This document shows, in pieces, positions 10,256 to 20,214 of a DNA stretch of 64,000 bases. Within the stretch, counting starts at the first letter, position 1, and each line of letters starts with the position of its first letter. The stretch comes from a virus. Location of the stretch: positions 33,764-97,763 of the IMG/VR virus record IMGVR_UViG_3300014834_000367; one strand, written 5' to 3'. The notes beneath the pieces were generated by a model. The model worked only from the letters and a program-made list of their open reading frames with translations, ran no database searches and had not been told where the DNA came from. The position numbers and the translations under genes were made by a program.

Positions 10256-10961
10256 TACAGCAACACATTCACGAAAGAATAAATTTAGCACAACATGGAA
10301 ATGTGAATTTTGTGCGAAAGTGTTGTCGTCTGAAAGATCGTTTGAAACACACCGTGAAACCTGTGAAGTAAAAAAGAAAATCGATACATTGAGAACCCCA
10401 CTTGGACAAATGGCATATGAGTCATATAGGCTGTGGTTTAAATTAAAGGGCCGTAAACAGCCAAGTCATGAAGCTTTTATTGGTTCCAGATATTTCACCC
10501 CAATTATTAAATTTTCAGAACAAGCGCGGAAAGTTAAACTTTCGGATTTGGAAATGTTTATAAATTTAATGGTTCGAAAAGATTGGGCCCCATCTCTTTG
10601 GAGAAGTGAAAGCGCGTATAAGCTTTATCTTGACGCCTTAAATAAGGAAGATCTTAAAACTTCAGCATTACGTACAATCCAGTTTTTGGATAATTTGGCT
10701 GCACAAAAAGATATTCAGATTGAAGAAATATTGCCAGCACTCGGAATTAGAGAAATCATCTCATTAATTAGAGCTAAGAAAATATCACCGGTTATTTTAT
10801 TGCGATCATCTAAGTTTGAGAAAATGTATTGTGAGCTTGATGAAAATGATACTCATGCACTTCATCAAGTTATTAATGCTACCTACTGGCAAGACCGGAT
10901 GTCTGAAGATCCTGAAGCCATAATTGAAATAACTGGTTGGTTAAAAGAATTAGGAATTTAA
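10242..10961 (+). CDS. Hypothetical protein with an N-terminal zinc-finger-like motif
   Basis: CEFC...H...C. Confidence 0.55.
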   Translation: MQPSDTATHSRKNKFSTTWKCEFCAKVLSSERSFETHRETCEVKKKIDTLRTPLGQMAYESYRLWFKLKGRKQPSHEAFIGSRYFTPIIKFSEQARKVKLSDLEMFINLMVRKDWAPSLWRSESAYKLYLDALNKEDLKTSALRTIQFLDNLAAQKDIQIEEILPALGIREIISLIRAKKISPVILLRSSKFEKMYCELDENDTHALHQVINATYWQDRMSEDPEAIIEITGWLKELGI

Positions 10962-11534
10962 ATGGATATTGATATTGATACCCCATCAAAATTTATTGCG
11001 GCGACAATATTTTCAAATACTGTTAAGGCAAGTATTTTTGATGGCACAAAAATTACACCACACCCGTGCGGCGTTTACTTTCAAGAAATGCCGGTTGATA
11101 TTATGACAAATTTGGCAGCTATTCCTTATGATACTGCTGAAGACTTAGGATATACTAAAATTGACTTTTTGCATCTTCGTGTTTACGATCATTTTAAAAA
11201 TAGAAAAGAAATTGAAGATATGACAAAGCAGTCAACGCCGTGGCAGTTATTACTTTTGCCATCGGTAGTTGAAAAATTATTCCAGCTTTCAAAACATGGG
11301 GAACTTTTGAAAAAATTAAAACCAGCTTCGACTTTAGAATTAGCTGATGCTTTGGCTCTTATCCGGCCTGGCAAATCTGATCTCTTACCAATATATCTTA
11401 AGAATAAAGATGTGGCCAGAAAATTGCTTTATGCCAAAGAAGAAACTGGTTACTCATTTAAAAAATCTCACGCCATTGCATATGCCATGGTTGTTGAATT
11501 ACAACTTAAGTTGGCAGATCTTGATAGGTTATAA
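10962..11534 (+). CDS. DNA polymerase III alpha (DnaE)-like fragment 2 (catalytic aspartates)
   Basis: MDIDID, HPCGVY, KIDFL, ALIRPG, GYSFKKSHAIAYA. Confidence 0.85.
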   Translation: MDIDIDTPSKFIAATIFSNTVKASIFDGTKITPHPCGVYFQEMPVDIMTNLAAIPYDTAEDLGYTKIDFLHLRVYDHFKNRKEIEDMTKQSTPWQLLLLPSVVEKLFQLSKHGELLKKLKPASTLELADALALIRPGKSDLLPIYLKNKDVARKLLYAKEETGYSFKKSHAIAYAMVVELQLKLADLDRL

Positions 11535-11608
11535 TATTCTGAGATCCCTTTACGCCGGCCACAATAAATAACCAGCAGTTCTCATATTAAACTTTAATTA
11601 CTTTATAA

Positions 11609-13132
11609 ATGAATACCATAAACGTTATCAAAAGAAATGGTCTCAAAGAGCCATTGACCATTGAAAAATGGCAAAATCAAATCGCAAATGTGTGTAATGG
11701 CGTAGCGGATGTGAGCCAGAGCATGATTGAAATAAAAGCTCAACCACATTTCTACGACAAAATTACAACACGTGAGATTGATGAAATTACTCTTCGAGCA
11801 ATTGTCGATCTTATCGATGTTGAAGCTAATCCAGACATCGGCCACACGAATTATCAATATGTTGCAGGCAAACAACGTCTCAGCATGCTACGTAAAGACG
11901 TTTATGGGCAGTATGATCCTCCGCGTTTATTTGAAATCGTAAAGAAAAATATTGCTGCTGGGCTATACACTTCTGAACTTCTTGAATGGTATTCAGAAGA
12001 TGATTGGAATAAGATGGATGAAATCATAGATCATAGTAAGGATGAACAATATAGCTATGCGGCAATTGAACAATTAATTGAAAAATATCTTGTTCGTAAT
12101 CGCGCCACAAAGGAAATCTATGAAACTCCTCAAGTTCGTTACATGGTTGCAGCTGCAACTGTCATGCATAAAGAAGAGCCAAATAACGCCAGAATGCGTT
12201 ATATCAAAGAATATTATACTGCGGCCAGTGATGGTCTTTTCACGCTGGCTACACCGGTTCTTGCCGGGCTTGGTACCCCTACTAAACAGTTCAGTAGTTG
12301 TGTTCTTATTCGCAGTGATGATGACCTTGATTCTATCTTTGCTTCTGGCGAGATGATGGCAAAATACGCTGCCAAGCGAGCAGGAATTGGACTTGAAATC
12401 GGAAGGCTACGGCCGCTCGGTTCACCAATTCGTGGTGGCGAGGTTATGCATACTGGCATGATCCCATTTTTGAAAAAATGGTTTGGCGACTTACGGTCAT
12501 GCAGCCAAGGCGGAATTCGCAACGCGTCAGCTACCGTGTTTTACCCAATCTGGCATTATCAGTTTGATGATTTGATTGTTTTAAAAAATAATCAAGGAAC
12601 TGATGAAACTCGCGTTAGACACTTGGACTATGGCGTAGTATTGAGCGCATTTTTCTTTAGGCGTTTCAAGAATAAACAGGATATTACTTTCTTTGATCCG
12701 AATGAAGTGCCAGATTTATATGAAGCATTTTATTCTGATATGAATAAGTTTGAAGCGTTGTATGTGAAATATGAGCAAGATCCAAAACTGCGCAAAAAAG
12801 TTATTTCTGCTGAAGAAGTTTTCAAAAGTGGCATTTTAAAAGAGCGCACTGATACCGGCCGCATTTACCTCGTCTTCATTGATAACGTTCTGAAGCAAGG
12901 TCCATTTGACGGCAAGCATCATCCAATCTATCAAAGTAACCTCTGTCTCGAGATCCTGTTGCCAACAGTTCCGTTTAAATCCCTAGATGATGAAGGTGAA
13001 TTTAAATTAACACTTGATAATGGACAAGAATTAACATTGCCGGGACAACATAAAGTTTTATTGGCTAATGGAGATAAAAAGAAAGTTAGAGAGTTAACCG
13101 AAGAAGATGATATACGGGATTTATTATTATGA
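11609..13132 (+). CDS. nrdA: Ribonucleotide reductase class Ia alpha subunit, N-terminal fragment
   Basis: ATP cone VIKRNG, QFSSCVL, CSQGGIR, QSNLCLEI; ends in a non-RNR tail. Confidence 0.95.
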   Translation: MNTINVIKRNGLKEPLTIEKWQNQIANVCNGVADVSQSMIEIKAQPHFYDKITTREIDEITLRAIVDLIDVEANPDIGHTNYQYVAGKQRLSMLRKDVYGQYDPPRLFEIVKKNIAAGLYTSELLEWYSEDDWNKMDEIIDHSKDEQYSYAAIEQLIEKYLVRNRATKEIYETPQVRYMVAAATVMHKEEPNNARMRYIKEYYTAASDGLFTLATPVLAGLGTPTKQFSSCVLIRSDDDLDSIFASGEMMAKYAAKRAGIGLEIGRLRPLGSPIRGGEVMHTGMIPFLKKWFGDLRSCSQGGIRNASATVFYPIWHYQFDDLIVLKNNQGTDETRVRHLDYGVVLSAFFFRRFKNKQDITFFDPNEVPDLYEAFYSDMNKFEALYVKYEQDPKLRKKVISAEEVFKSGILKERTDTGRIYLVFIDNVLKQGPFDGKHHPIYQSNLCLEILLPTVPFKSLDDEGEFKLTLDNGQELTLPGQHKVLLANGDKKKVRELTEEDDIRDLLL

Positions 13133-13845
13133 AAATTTATAAACCAGCATATCTATACATAAAAATACACAATAAAACAGGTTTAAAATATTTTGGAAAA
13201 ACATCACAAGATCCATATGCATATTTTGGTAGTGGAATTGATTGGTTAAAACACTTAAAAACATATGGCTATGATATTTCTACAGAATTGTTGAATGATA
13301 ATAAACCATATACTGATGAAAACAAATTAATTGAAGATGCGATAAAGTTTTCTATAGAGAATAATATAGTTGAGTCATGCAAATGGGCGAATAAAAGAAT
13401 TGAAAGCGGTGATGGTGGCGATACTTCCATGTGTGAAAACTATATAAAAGCTATGGCATCAAGAAACCAGCGTGGTCCTAATAATCCAATGTGGGGTAAA
13501 AAATCCGTCGCAAAAGGAAAAACTTATGAAGAAATGTATGGGATAGAAAAAGCAAATCAGTTAAAATCTGAAAGAATAAAATCAGCAACTGGTAGAAAAT
13601 TATCCACAGAATCTTTAGAAAAGATGGCAAAATCTATCTCAGCAGCAACAAGAGGAATTCCAAAATCTGAACAACATAAAAAGAATATGAGAAAACCGAA
13701 GACACAGGAACATAAAAATAACCTTAAAGGTCCACGCGAAAGAATAGAATGTCCGCATTGCAAAAATGTAGGCGGAATAAGCCAAATGAAGCGCTGGCAT
13801 TTCTATAACTGTAAATTATTTAAGGATAAAAATGAAAGTAATTAA
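13129..13845 (+). mobile_element. Free-standing GIY-YIG (Seg-like) homing endonuclease with NUMOD3-like repeats, splitting nrdA
   Basis: YLY.K....GLKYFGK, YFGSG, NNPMWGK, KSEQHK; overlaps both nrdA pieces. Confidence 0.8.
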
Positions 13846-14803
13846 AAAGGAATGCATTAGAAAAGTACCGCAAATTGCGCTGTGTACACTTGGTAGTATA
13901 AATTGGGGCAGCTTTAGACACCCAGAAGACATGCGTCGGGCGTGTCGCATACTTCATCGCTCTCTTAACAATATACTTGATTACCAAGATTTTTTGAGTA
14001 TTCATAGCAAATTGTCGAATGACTTTATACGGCCGCTGGGTATCGGTGTTACTAATTTAGCATACTGGCATGCAAAACGCGGATTAAAATATGGAACAGC
14101 AGAGGCATTACAGGAAGTAAAATCTTTCATGGAACATCAAGCATATTACTTGACAGAAGCTAGCGTAGAACTTGCTAAAGAACGTGGTGCATGTCTTCAT
14201 AGTGATAAAACGCGGTATGGACAAGGATTTTTCCCATGGGAATTACGCGCTGAAGGCGTGAATGAACTTGCAAATTTTGCACCAGAGCTTGATTGGGAAA
14301 CTTTACGTGCCAATATGAAAAAGTATGGCGTACGCAACGCAACTCAGATGGCGGTAGCACCAGTTGAATCGAGCTCAGTTGTTATCAATTCAACTAATGG
14401 AATTGAAATGCCAATGAGTTTAATTTCAACTAAGGAAAGTAAAGCCGGTTCATTTACTCAAGTGGTTCCTGAATATCATAAGTTAAAAAATAAATATCAG
14501 CTTATGTGGGAACAGGAAGATTGTGTTGGCTATTTAAAAACAGCTGCAGTTATTGCAGCTTATGTTGATCAAAGCATCAGCACGAATACTTTTTATTCGC
14601 CAAAGCATTTTCCAGATCGTAAAGTTCCATCAACATTAATTGCAAAGAATTTGATGTTGGCACACCATTGGGGGATAAAAAGCTTCTATTATAGCCTCAT
14701 TGAAAAACAAGGTTCAAAATTTGTAGATGAAACGCCGCAAGATACACCGCTTAAACAAATCGATTTTGACGATGAATCCGATTGTGAAAGCTGTAAACTT
14801 TGA
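13832..14803 (+). CDS. nrdA: Ribonucleotide reductase class Ia alpha subunit, C-terminal fragment
   Basis: IALCTLGSIN, RPLGIG, APVESSS, DQSIS, KSFYY, terminal CESCKL. Confidence 0.95.
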   Translation: MKVIKKECIRKVPQIALCTLGSINWGSFRHPEDMRRACRILHRSLNNILDYQDFLSIHSKLSNDFIRPLGIGVTNLAYWHAKRGLKYGTAEALQEVKSFMEHQAYYLTEASVELAKERGACLHSDKTRYGQGFFPWELRAEGVNELANFAPELDWETLRANMKKYGVRNATQMAVAPVESSSVVINSTNGIEMPMSLISTKESKAGSFTQVVPEYHKLKNKYQLMWEQEDCVGYLKTAAVIAAYVDQSISTNTFYSPKHFPDRKVPSTLIAKNLMLAHHWGIKSFYYSLIEKQGSKFVDETPQDTPLKQIDFDDESDCESCKL

Positions 14804-14819
14804 CAAGCAAAATAATAGC

Positions 14820-15581
14820 ATGAATTACAAAAAACACTATAATCTGTTAATTGAAAGAAGCCGCAATAGAATAATTGAAGGATATGTTGAAAAACATCAT
14901 ATTATCCCCAGATGTCTAGGCGGCTCTGACAATATAGACAATATCGTAGTATTGACTCCAGAAGAGCATTTTTTAGCACATCAGCTTTTACTCATAATGC
15001 ACCCCAACATTCAATCTCTGGTATATGCCGCAGTTTTAATGACCACTCATCATACTAAACAGCGGGTCAATAATAAGCTGTTTGGCTGGCTTAAACGGAG
15101 AGCATCGACAGCTAGAAAGCAGTGGTATGCTGAAAATGAACACCCTAAGGGAATGTTAGGAAAAATTCATACTGAAGAAAAGAAACAACAAATATCAGCG
15201 TCTACTAAAAAATCAAAGATAGAATCAATTGGAGTCAAAGTATACGCGTACAACTTAGATGGATCTTTTTATAAAAAATATTTAACTTTGACAGATTGCG
15301 CTTTGGATCTAAAAACAAATGCTTCTAATGTGAAATATACAGCAGAAGGTAAATTTGGGCACTGTAAAGAAAAACAATTAAGATACGAGTTTTCAGAAAG
15401 CTTGCTTGCTTATAAAAAATCTAATCCTTTAAAAGGGAAGAAAAAGTCAGAAGAACACATTGAGAATATGAAAAAATCTTTTAAGAATCGTCCTAAAAGA
15501 ACACCTGAACAAAATGCTGCGCACAGCGCAAAAATGAAAGAATATCACGCAAGGATAAAAAATGTCAAAACAACAGTATGA
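14820..15581 (+). mobile_element. HNH homing endonuclease (MobE-like) between nrdA and nrdB
   Basis: MNYKKHY...EKHHIIPRCLGGSD...LTPEEHFLAH; same position as T4 mobE. Confidence 0.85.
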
Positions 15582-16659
15582 TTTAACCGCGCCAACAAAT
15601 TACTTAACTCGCAAAATGTTTTTGGATCCGGCGGGTCCAGTTACTATTCAACGTTTTGAAGAATTTCGTTACCCTCGTATTGCCAAATTTGAAACAACTG
15701 CTCGTGGTTTCTTTTGGGTTCCGGAAGAAGTATCATTAACCAAAGATGCGGCTGATTTCAAAGATGCATCTGAAGCTATTAAACATATTTTTACGAGCAA
15801 TCTTCTTCGTCAAACGGCGTTAGATAGTCTTCAAGGCCGTGGCCCAACACAAGTATTCACCCCAGTTGTTTCACTGCCTGAGCTAGAAGCGCTGATGTTT
15901 AATTGGGGCTTTTTTGAATCAAACATTCATAGCCGCTCATACAGCCATATTATCCGTAACATTTATAATGTTCCTAAGGATGTTTTTAATTCAATCCATG
16001 ATACTAAAGAAATCATTTCAATGGCCGCAAACGTAGGCCGATATTATGATCGATTACATCATTTGAATTGTCTATCTGAAATTGATAAATCTAGCGTTAA
16101 CGAACAGGATGTTATCGAAGCAATTTGGTTAGCGCTAAACGCTTCATATGCTTTAGAGGCTCTTCGCTTCATGGTTTCATTTGCGACCAGTTTAGCTATG
16201 GTCGAAAATAAAATTTTTATTGGCAATGGAAATATCATCAGTCTGATTTTACAAGATGAACTGTTGCATAAAGAATGGACCGCATACATTATAAATCAAG
16301 TTGTTAAAGAAGACGAAAGATTTGCAGCAGCAAAAGTTAAATGCGCCGATGAAGTTATGAAGATGTACCAAGAGGTTATTGCTGAAGAAAAAGCTTGGGC
16401 CGATTATCTTTTCAAGAAAGGTCCTGTGATTGGCCTGAACGCCGCTATTCTTAAGGAGTTCGTTGATTTTACTGCCGTAAATGCTTTGCGTGAAATTGGT
16501 CTAAAATATCATGGACCTAAAGCGACACCAATTCCTTGGTTCAACAAGCACGCAGATACAAGCAAGAAGCAGACTGCGCTCCAAGAAAATGAAAGTGTGA
16601 ATTACGTTATTGGTGTCATGTCTGATAGTATAGATTATAATCAACTTCCAGACATCTGA
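15562..16659 (+). CDS. nrdB: Ribonucleotide reductase class Ia beta subunit
   Basis: FFWVPEEV, ESNIHSRSY, LEALRF, DELLH, QENE. Confidence 0.95.
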   Translation: MSKQQYDLTAPTNYLTRKMFLDPAGPVTIQRFEEFRYPRIAKFETTARGFFWVPEEVSLTKDAADFKDASEAIKHIFTSNLLRQTALDSLQGRGPTQVFTPVVSLPELEALMFNWGFFESNIHSRSYSHIIRNIYNVPKDVFNSIHDTKEIISMAANVGRYYDRLHHLNCLSEIDKSSVNEQDVIEAIWLALNASYALEALRFMVSFATSLAMVENKIFIGNGNIISLILQDELLHKEWTAYIINQVVKEDERFAAAKVKCADEVMKMYQEVIAEEKAWADYLFKKGPVIGLNAAILKEFVDFTAVNALREIGLKYHGPKATPIPWFNKHADTSKKQTALQENESVNYVIGVMSDSIDYNQLPDI

Positions 16660-16686
16660 TTTTTACGCAACTGTTGTTAAGGAGCG

Positions 16687-17592
16687 ATGATGAATGTTAT
16701 GTTGCGGTGCCTTTATGGTTCAAGGCTGTACGGAACACATACCACAAACAGCGACTATGATTATCGAATCGCAACTCTGCCAGATATTTCAGATCTGCTT
16801 TTATGTCGTGAGGTGGGTATTGTCCAGGCCGAGCGTGATATCCAGCATGTTCCAGTTCAGGTTTTTATCTCAGCATATGAAACAGGGCAGGCATATGCGA
16901 TTGAACTCGCATGGCACGTGGCTGAAAATTATTTCGACTCAGAACTCATCTTAGATTGCCATCCAGAATTTTATGCTCTGTGTTCTGAGTTAACTCAAGC
17001 GGGCCGGCCACCAATTTCAAAAATGGTATCTTACGCCAAGGCTATGGCGCATCGTTATGTTGGCGCCAACCGGAGGTTAAATCAACTCTCACAATTAAGA
17101 GATCGGCTTTTCTCATATAATGAAAAGAGCAGTATTCAACACGCCTTAGACGCAGGACTAGATTTATCTGGGCTAGATGAAATTATCGAGTATAAGGAAG
17201 GAGCTCAGTTTATTAAACTGCTATATGGCAACTGTCATCGCACACACCTGCTCACTGTTAAACTTTCGCAGTTAATAAATGCCGTCGGAAGTGCAATAGG
17301 TCGTTTTAATGGGTCGCGAGTTACTGGACAGGGTGAAGATTGGAAATCAATCCACCACGCACTTAGAGTTACTTATCAAGCAATTGAATTATTGAAAACA
17401 AGCAAACTACAAATTCCTCTGCGCGAGGATATCGCAAAATGGCTTTTAGACGTTAAGCTTGGGAAAATTCCTTACGAGCAATGTGAAGTTTCTTTAGAAG
17501 AAATGGTTTCACAAATTGCTGATGTTAAGGATGTTAATTTGGATTGTTCTGAAATTTCGCTCAGCTGGCTTAAGCGAATGTATGGAATTTAA
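16687..17592 (+). CDS. Pol-beta-superfamily nucleotidyltransferase (RNA-repair type)
   Basis: YGSRLYGTHTTNSDYDY and a C-terminal WK...HALR motif. Confidence 0.75.
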   Translation: MMNVMLRCLYGSRLYGTHTTNSDYDYRIATLPDISDLLLCREVGIVQAERDIQHVPVQVFISAYETGQAYAIELAWHVAENYFDSELILDCHPEFYALCSELTQAGRPPISKMVSYAKAMAHRYVGANRRLNQLSQLRDRLFSYNEKSSIQHALDAGLDLSGLDEIIEYKEGAQFIKLLYGNCHRTHLLTVKLSQLINAVGSAIGRFNGSRVTGQGEDWKSIHHALRVTYQAIELLKTSKLQIPLREDIAKWLLDVKLGKIPYEQCEVSLEEMVSQIADVKDVNLDCSEISLSWLKRMYGI

Positions 17593-18020
17593 TCCTGTTT
17601 TGTTTTTAATCTTATTTCTATAGTATCAGGAATTTGTACCACCCGACGCCGTTTTACGCGTTTCATCATGAGTTTATACATGAAGGGATATCCGATAATC
17701 CGTGAAACACAGTTCAAATCAAATGACTTGATCATTGGTGCTACGGCTGGCGTTAAGCCATGTTTGGCAAATTCTATTGATAAGGGGTGGTTTTTTGAAT
17801 CAGAATAATACCAGCGATTTGCGACACTTAAGAATTGTTGAAGTGTGATTCCTTCCTGTTCTGCTATATCAAGCACAAATGCGATTACTTCATCTTCAGT
17901 AATATTATCAATAACAGTTAAGTAATTTTCCCTTTTATACTCGATAACAGTGAGATATAATAGATTTGATGGTTGTTGAATTATCTCAAATTGAAGGTCT
18001 GGTATTTTTTTCTTAGGCAT
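17589..18020 (-). CDS. Hypothetical phage protein
   Basis: 143-aa ORF filling a gap, convergent with the upstream gene. Confidence 0.65.
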   Translation of the reverse strand: MPKKKIPDLQFEIIQQPSNLLYLTVIEYKRENYLTVIDNITEDEVIAFVLDIAEQEGITLQQFLSVANRWYYSDSKNHPLSIEFAKHGLTPAVAPMIKSFDLNCVSRIIGYPFMYKLMMKRVKRRRVVQIPDTIEIRLKTKQD

Positions 18021-18359
18021 GATATTCTTAATATGATATTAGGTTGAATATTTATTTTTATAATTTAGCTATTTTATATGCACTAAAATTAAGTAAATTG
18101 GAAAAAATTCCTACTGATTTTCTAATAAATATGTATAGTACAGCAACATAAGGAACTGAAGTGAAGGTTCTACATTTGAATGATTATAGCATCAACCGTA
18201 AAAGGACAGAAAAACACAAAGTTGAGGTTAAACTGTCGGAGATGTTATCGTCTGAAAAACCGCCAATAGCTTCAGTAAAACGCTGTTTATCGCTATTATC
18301 TGCATTAAATTCGGATATTAACCGTCAAGAATAAATTCAACAAATCAAATCAAAACAAA

Positions 18360-18557
18360 GTGGAGACAAATATGGATGACTTATCATTGGATGATCAAAT
18401 TGATCTTCTCTTAAAAAAATTTGGTGTTTCTGAGGAATGCGTTATTGAGGAAAGCGCTAAGCCTATGCTGCTCACCGCGCTGCAATCAGAAAACATTAAA
18501 TCCGTATCATATAGCAAAGAAGCTGGTTTAATGATTGAATTTGAAATTGATGTTTAA
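18360..18557 (+). CDS. Small acidic hypothetical protein
   Basis: GGAG RBS before the MDDLS start. Confidence 0.55.
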   Translation: METNMDDLSLDDQIDLLLKKFGVSEECVIEESAKPMLLTALQSENIKSVSYSKEAGLMIEFEIDV

Positions 18558-18579
18558 TTAACCGATCCAGGAGGATTAG

Positions 18580-18864
18580 ATGATAAACGATAATACAAAA
18601 TCTCCTACACTGCATAGTTTCTATGCGGTTGTAAATGATGATGGCAAATATTTTGCTGGTTTTAATCCAACAGAAAAAGTTGCTCAGCACGTTACTTCAC
18701 CACTCGCAGCAAAATTATTCACCAATAAGTACGAAGTTAAACTGCGCCCGAACGAAAGGCTCGTAGAAATTAAGGTCGACTTTGCTGCAACAGACGCTGA
18801 AATTTCTGCGCCATTTAGGCCACGTCGTCGAGCTGTCGAAAAACCACAAAGCAAATCAGAGTAA
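18580..18864 (+). CDS. Hypothetical protein
   Basis: Strong AGGAGGA RBS. Confidence 0.65.
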   Translation: MINDNTKSPTLHSFYAVVNDDGKYFAGFNPTEKVAQHVTSPLAAKLFTNKYEVKLRPNERLVEIKVDFAATDAEISAPFRPRRRAVEKPQSKSE

Positions 18865-18867
18865 ATC

Positions 18868-19239
18868 ATGACGCAACTTAAAGGCTATGTCGCCAAGGGT
18901 TGGGGACATGAAAATATTTGGGCGACCAATGATAAGTACTGTGGAAAAGCCATGGTGTTTGAGAAACCAGGAGCAAAATTTAGTATGCATTTTCATCAAT
19001 TCAAAGATGAAACTTGGCATGTTATCAGTGGAAAATTTGTTGTACGCTGGATCGACACGAGTAATGCAGAACGCCATGAAACACCATTAGAAGTTGGAAG
19101 TACTTGGCACAACCCACCATGTTTGCCGCATCAGCTTATTTGTATTGAGCCAGGAACAATAATTGAAGTCTCAACTCCAGACAGCGTAGAGGATAATTAT
19201 CGTGTTGAACCAGGCGATAGTCAAGCCAGTAAATCGTAA
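18868..19239 (+). CDS. Cupin (sugar isomerase-like)
   Basis: KGWGHE, SMHFH..KDETW, PHQL, EVST. Confidence 0.8.
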   Translation: MTQLKGYVAKGWGHENIWATNDKYCGKAMVFEKPGAKFSMHFHQFKDETWHVISGKFVVRWIDTSNAERHETPLEVGSTWHNPPCLPHQLICIEPGTIIEVSTPDSVEDNYRVEPGDSQASKS

Positions 19240-19795
19240 GCCGCTGCTTATTGGCTTGGATCGCGACGGCACGATTAATCGTGATTTGGGGACGTACTGT
19301 TACAAAGAGCAAGACTTTGAAATTCTTCCGGGCGTTATTGAAGCTATTAAAAGACTAAAACGCGCAGGACATGTTATAGCAGTTATAACAAATCAAGGAG
19401 GCATAGAAAAAGGCCTTTATACAGAAGTTGAAGTTAAAAAACTGCATGGCATTTTACAGCGTGAATTATTGATTTCTGGCAGCGCTCCAGTAGATGCATT
19501 ATTTTACTCACCATCAAGCAAACCGGATTTTGTTTTAGCTAAACCAAATCCAACCATGTTACAGCAGGCCGAGTTATTATTAGGTCTTAGATTTTCAAAT
19601 GGCGGGTTCTATATTGGAGATGCTAGCAGAGACTTAATAGCAGCTGAGCGCGCAAATGCTACTGCGGTTCTAGTTAAAACGGGAAAAGGCCAAGAAACAT
19701 TCGCCGGCCTCAATGGTCTTAGATTAGCAACTTATCCAAAAATATTTGAAACGTTATTAGACTTTGCTAAATGGCTAGTTCCGGAGGAGAAATGA
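19202..19795 (+). CDS. gmhB: D-glycero-D-manno-heptose-1,7-bisphosphate phosphatase-like HAD enzyme
   Basis: LDRDGTIN, ITNQGGI, KPNPTM, IGD...D, LVKTGKG. Confidence 0.85.
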   Translation: MLNQAIVKPVNRKPLLIGLDRDGTINRDLGTYCYKEQDFEILPGVIEAIKRLKRAGHVIAVITNQGGIEKGLYTEVEVKKLHGILQRELLISGSAPVDALFYSPSSKPDFVLAKPNPTMLQQAELLLGLRFSNGGFYIGDASRDLIAAERANATAVLVKTGKGQETFAGLNGLRLATYPKIFETLLDFAKWLVPEEK

Positions 19796-20214
19796 ACGTT
19801 GTAGTAAATGGAACTTTTGATGTGTTACACGTCGGGCATTTAAGATTATTATCTTATGCCAAGCATTTAGGACTAAAAGAAAATCCTGAAGCAAAATTGA
19901 CCGTGTTGATTGATAGCGACGAAAGAGTAAAACAACTTAAAGGTAATAATAGACCAATAAATTCTCTTTCAGAGCGCCTTGAAATGCTTATAAATTTGCG
20001 TGTCGTAGATGCAGTAGATCAATTTGATTCAGATGAACAGTTATCAGCTTTAATAAAAGGACTGGCGCCAGACATCATGGTGAAAGGTTCAGATTATATT
20101 GGAAAACCAATTATTGGCGCTGAATTTTGCAAAAGGATAGAATTTTATGACAGAACTCCACACTCCTCAACTCAAAAAATCGAAGATATTGCTTCTCGGG
20201 GAAAGTTGCGTTGA
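19792..20214 (+). CDS. HldE/RfaE domain II-like nucleotidyltransferase
   Basis: NGTFDVLHVGH, LKG..RPIN, VKGSDY, SST. Confidence 0.85.
   Translation: MNVVVNGTFDVLHVGHLRLLSYAKHLGLKENPEAKLTVLIDSDERVKQLKGNNRPINSLSERLEMLINLRVVDAVDQFDSDEQLSALIKGLAPDIMVKGSDYIGKPIIGAEFCKRIEFYDRTPHSSTQKIEDIASRGKLR

Noticed and set aside
12990-13870. Functional split intein or group I intron in nrdA
   Set aside because: No N-terminal Cys/Ser block A and no C-terminal His-Asn. The three ORFs overlap, leaving no room for an intron core.
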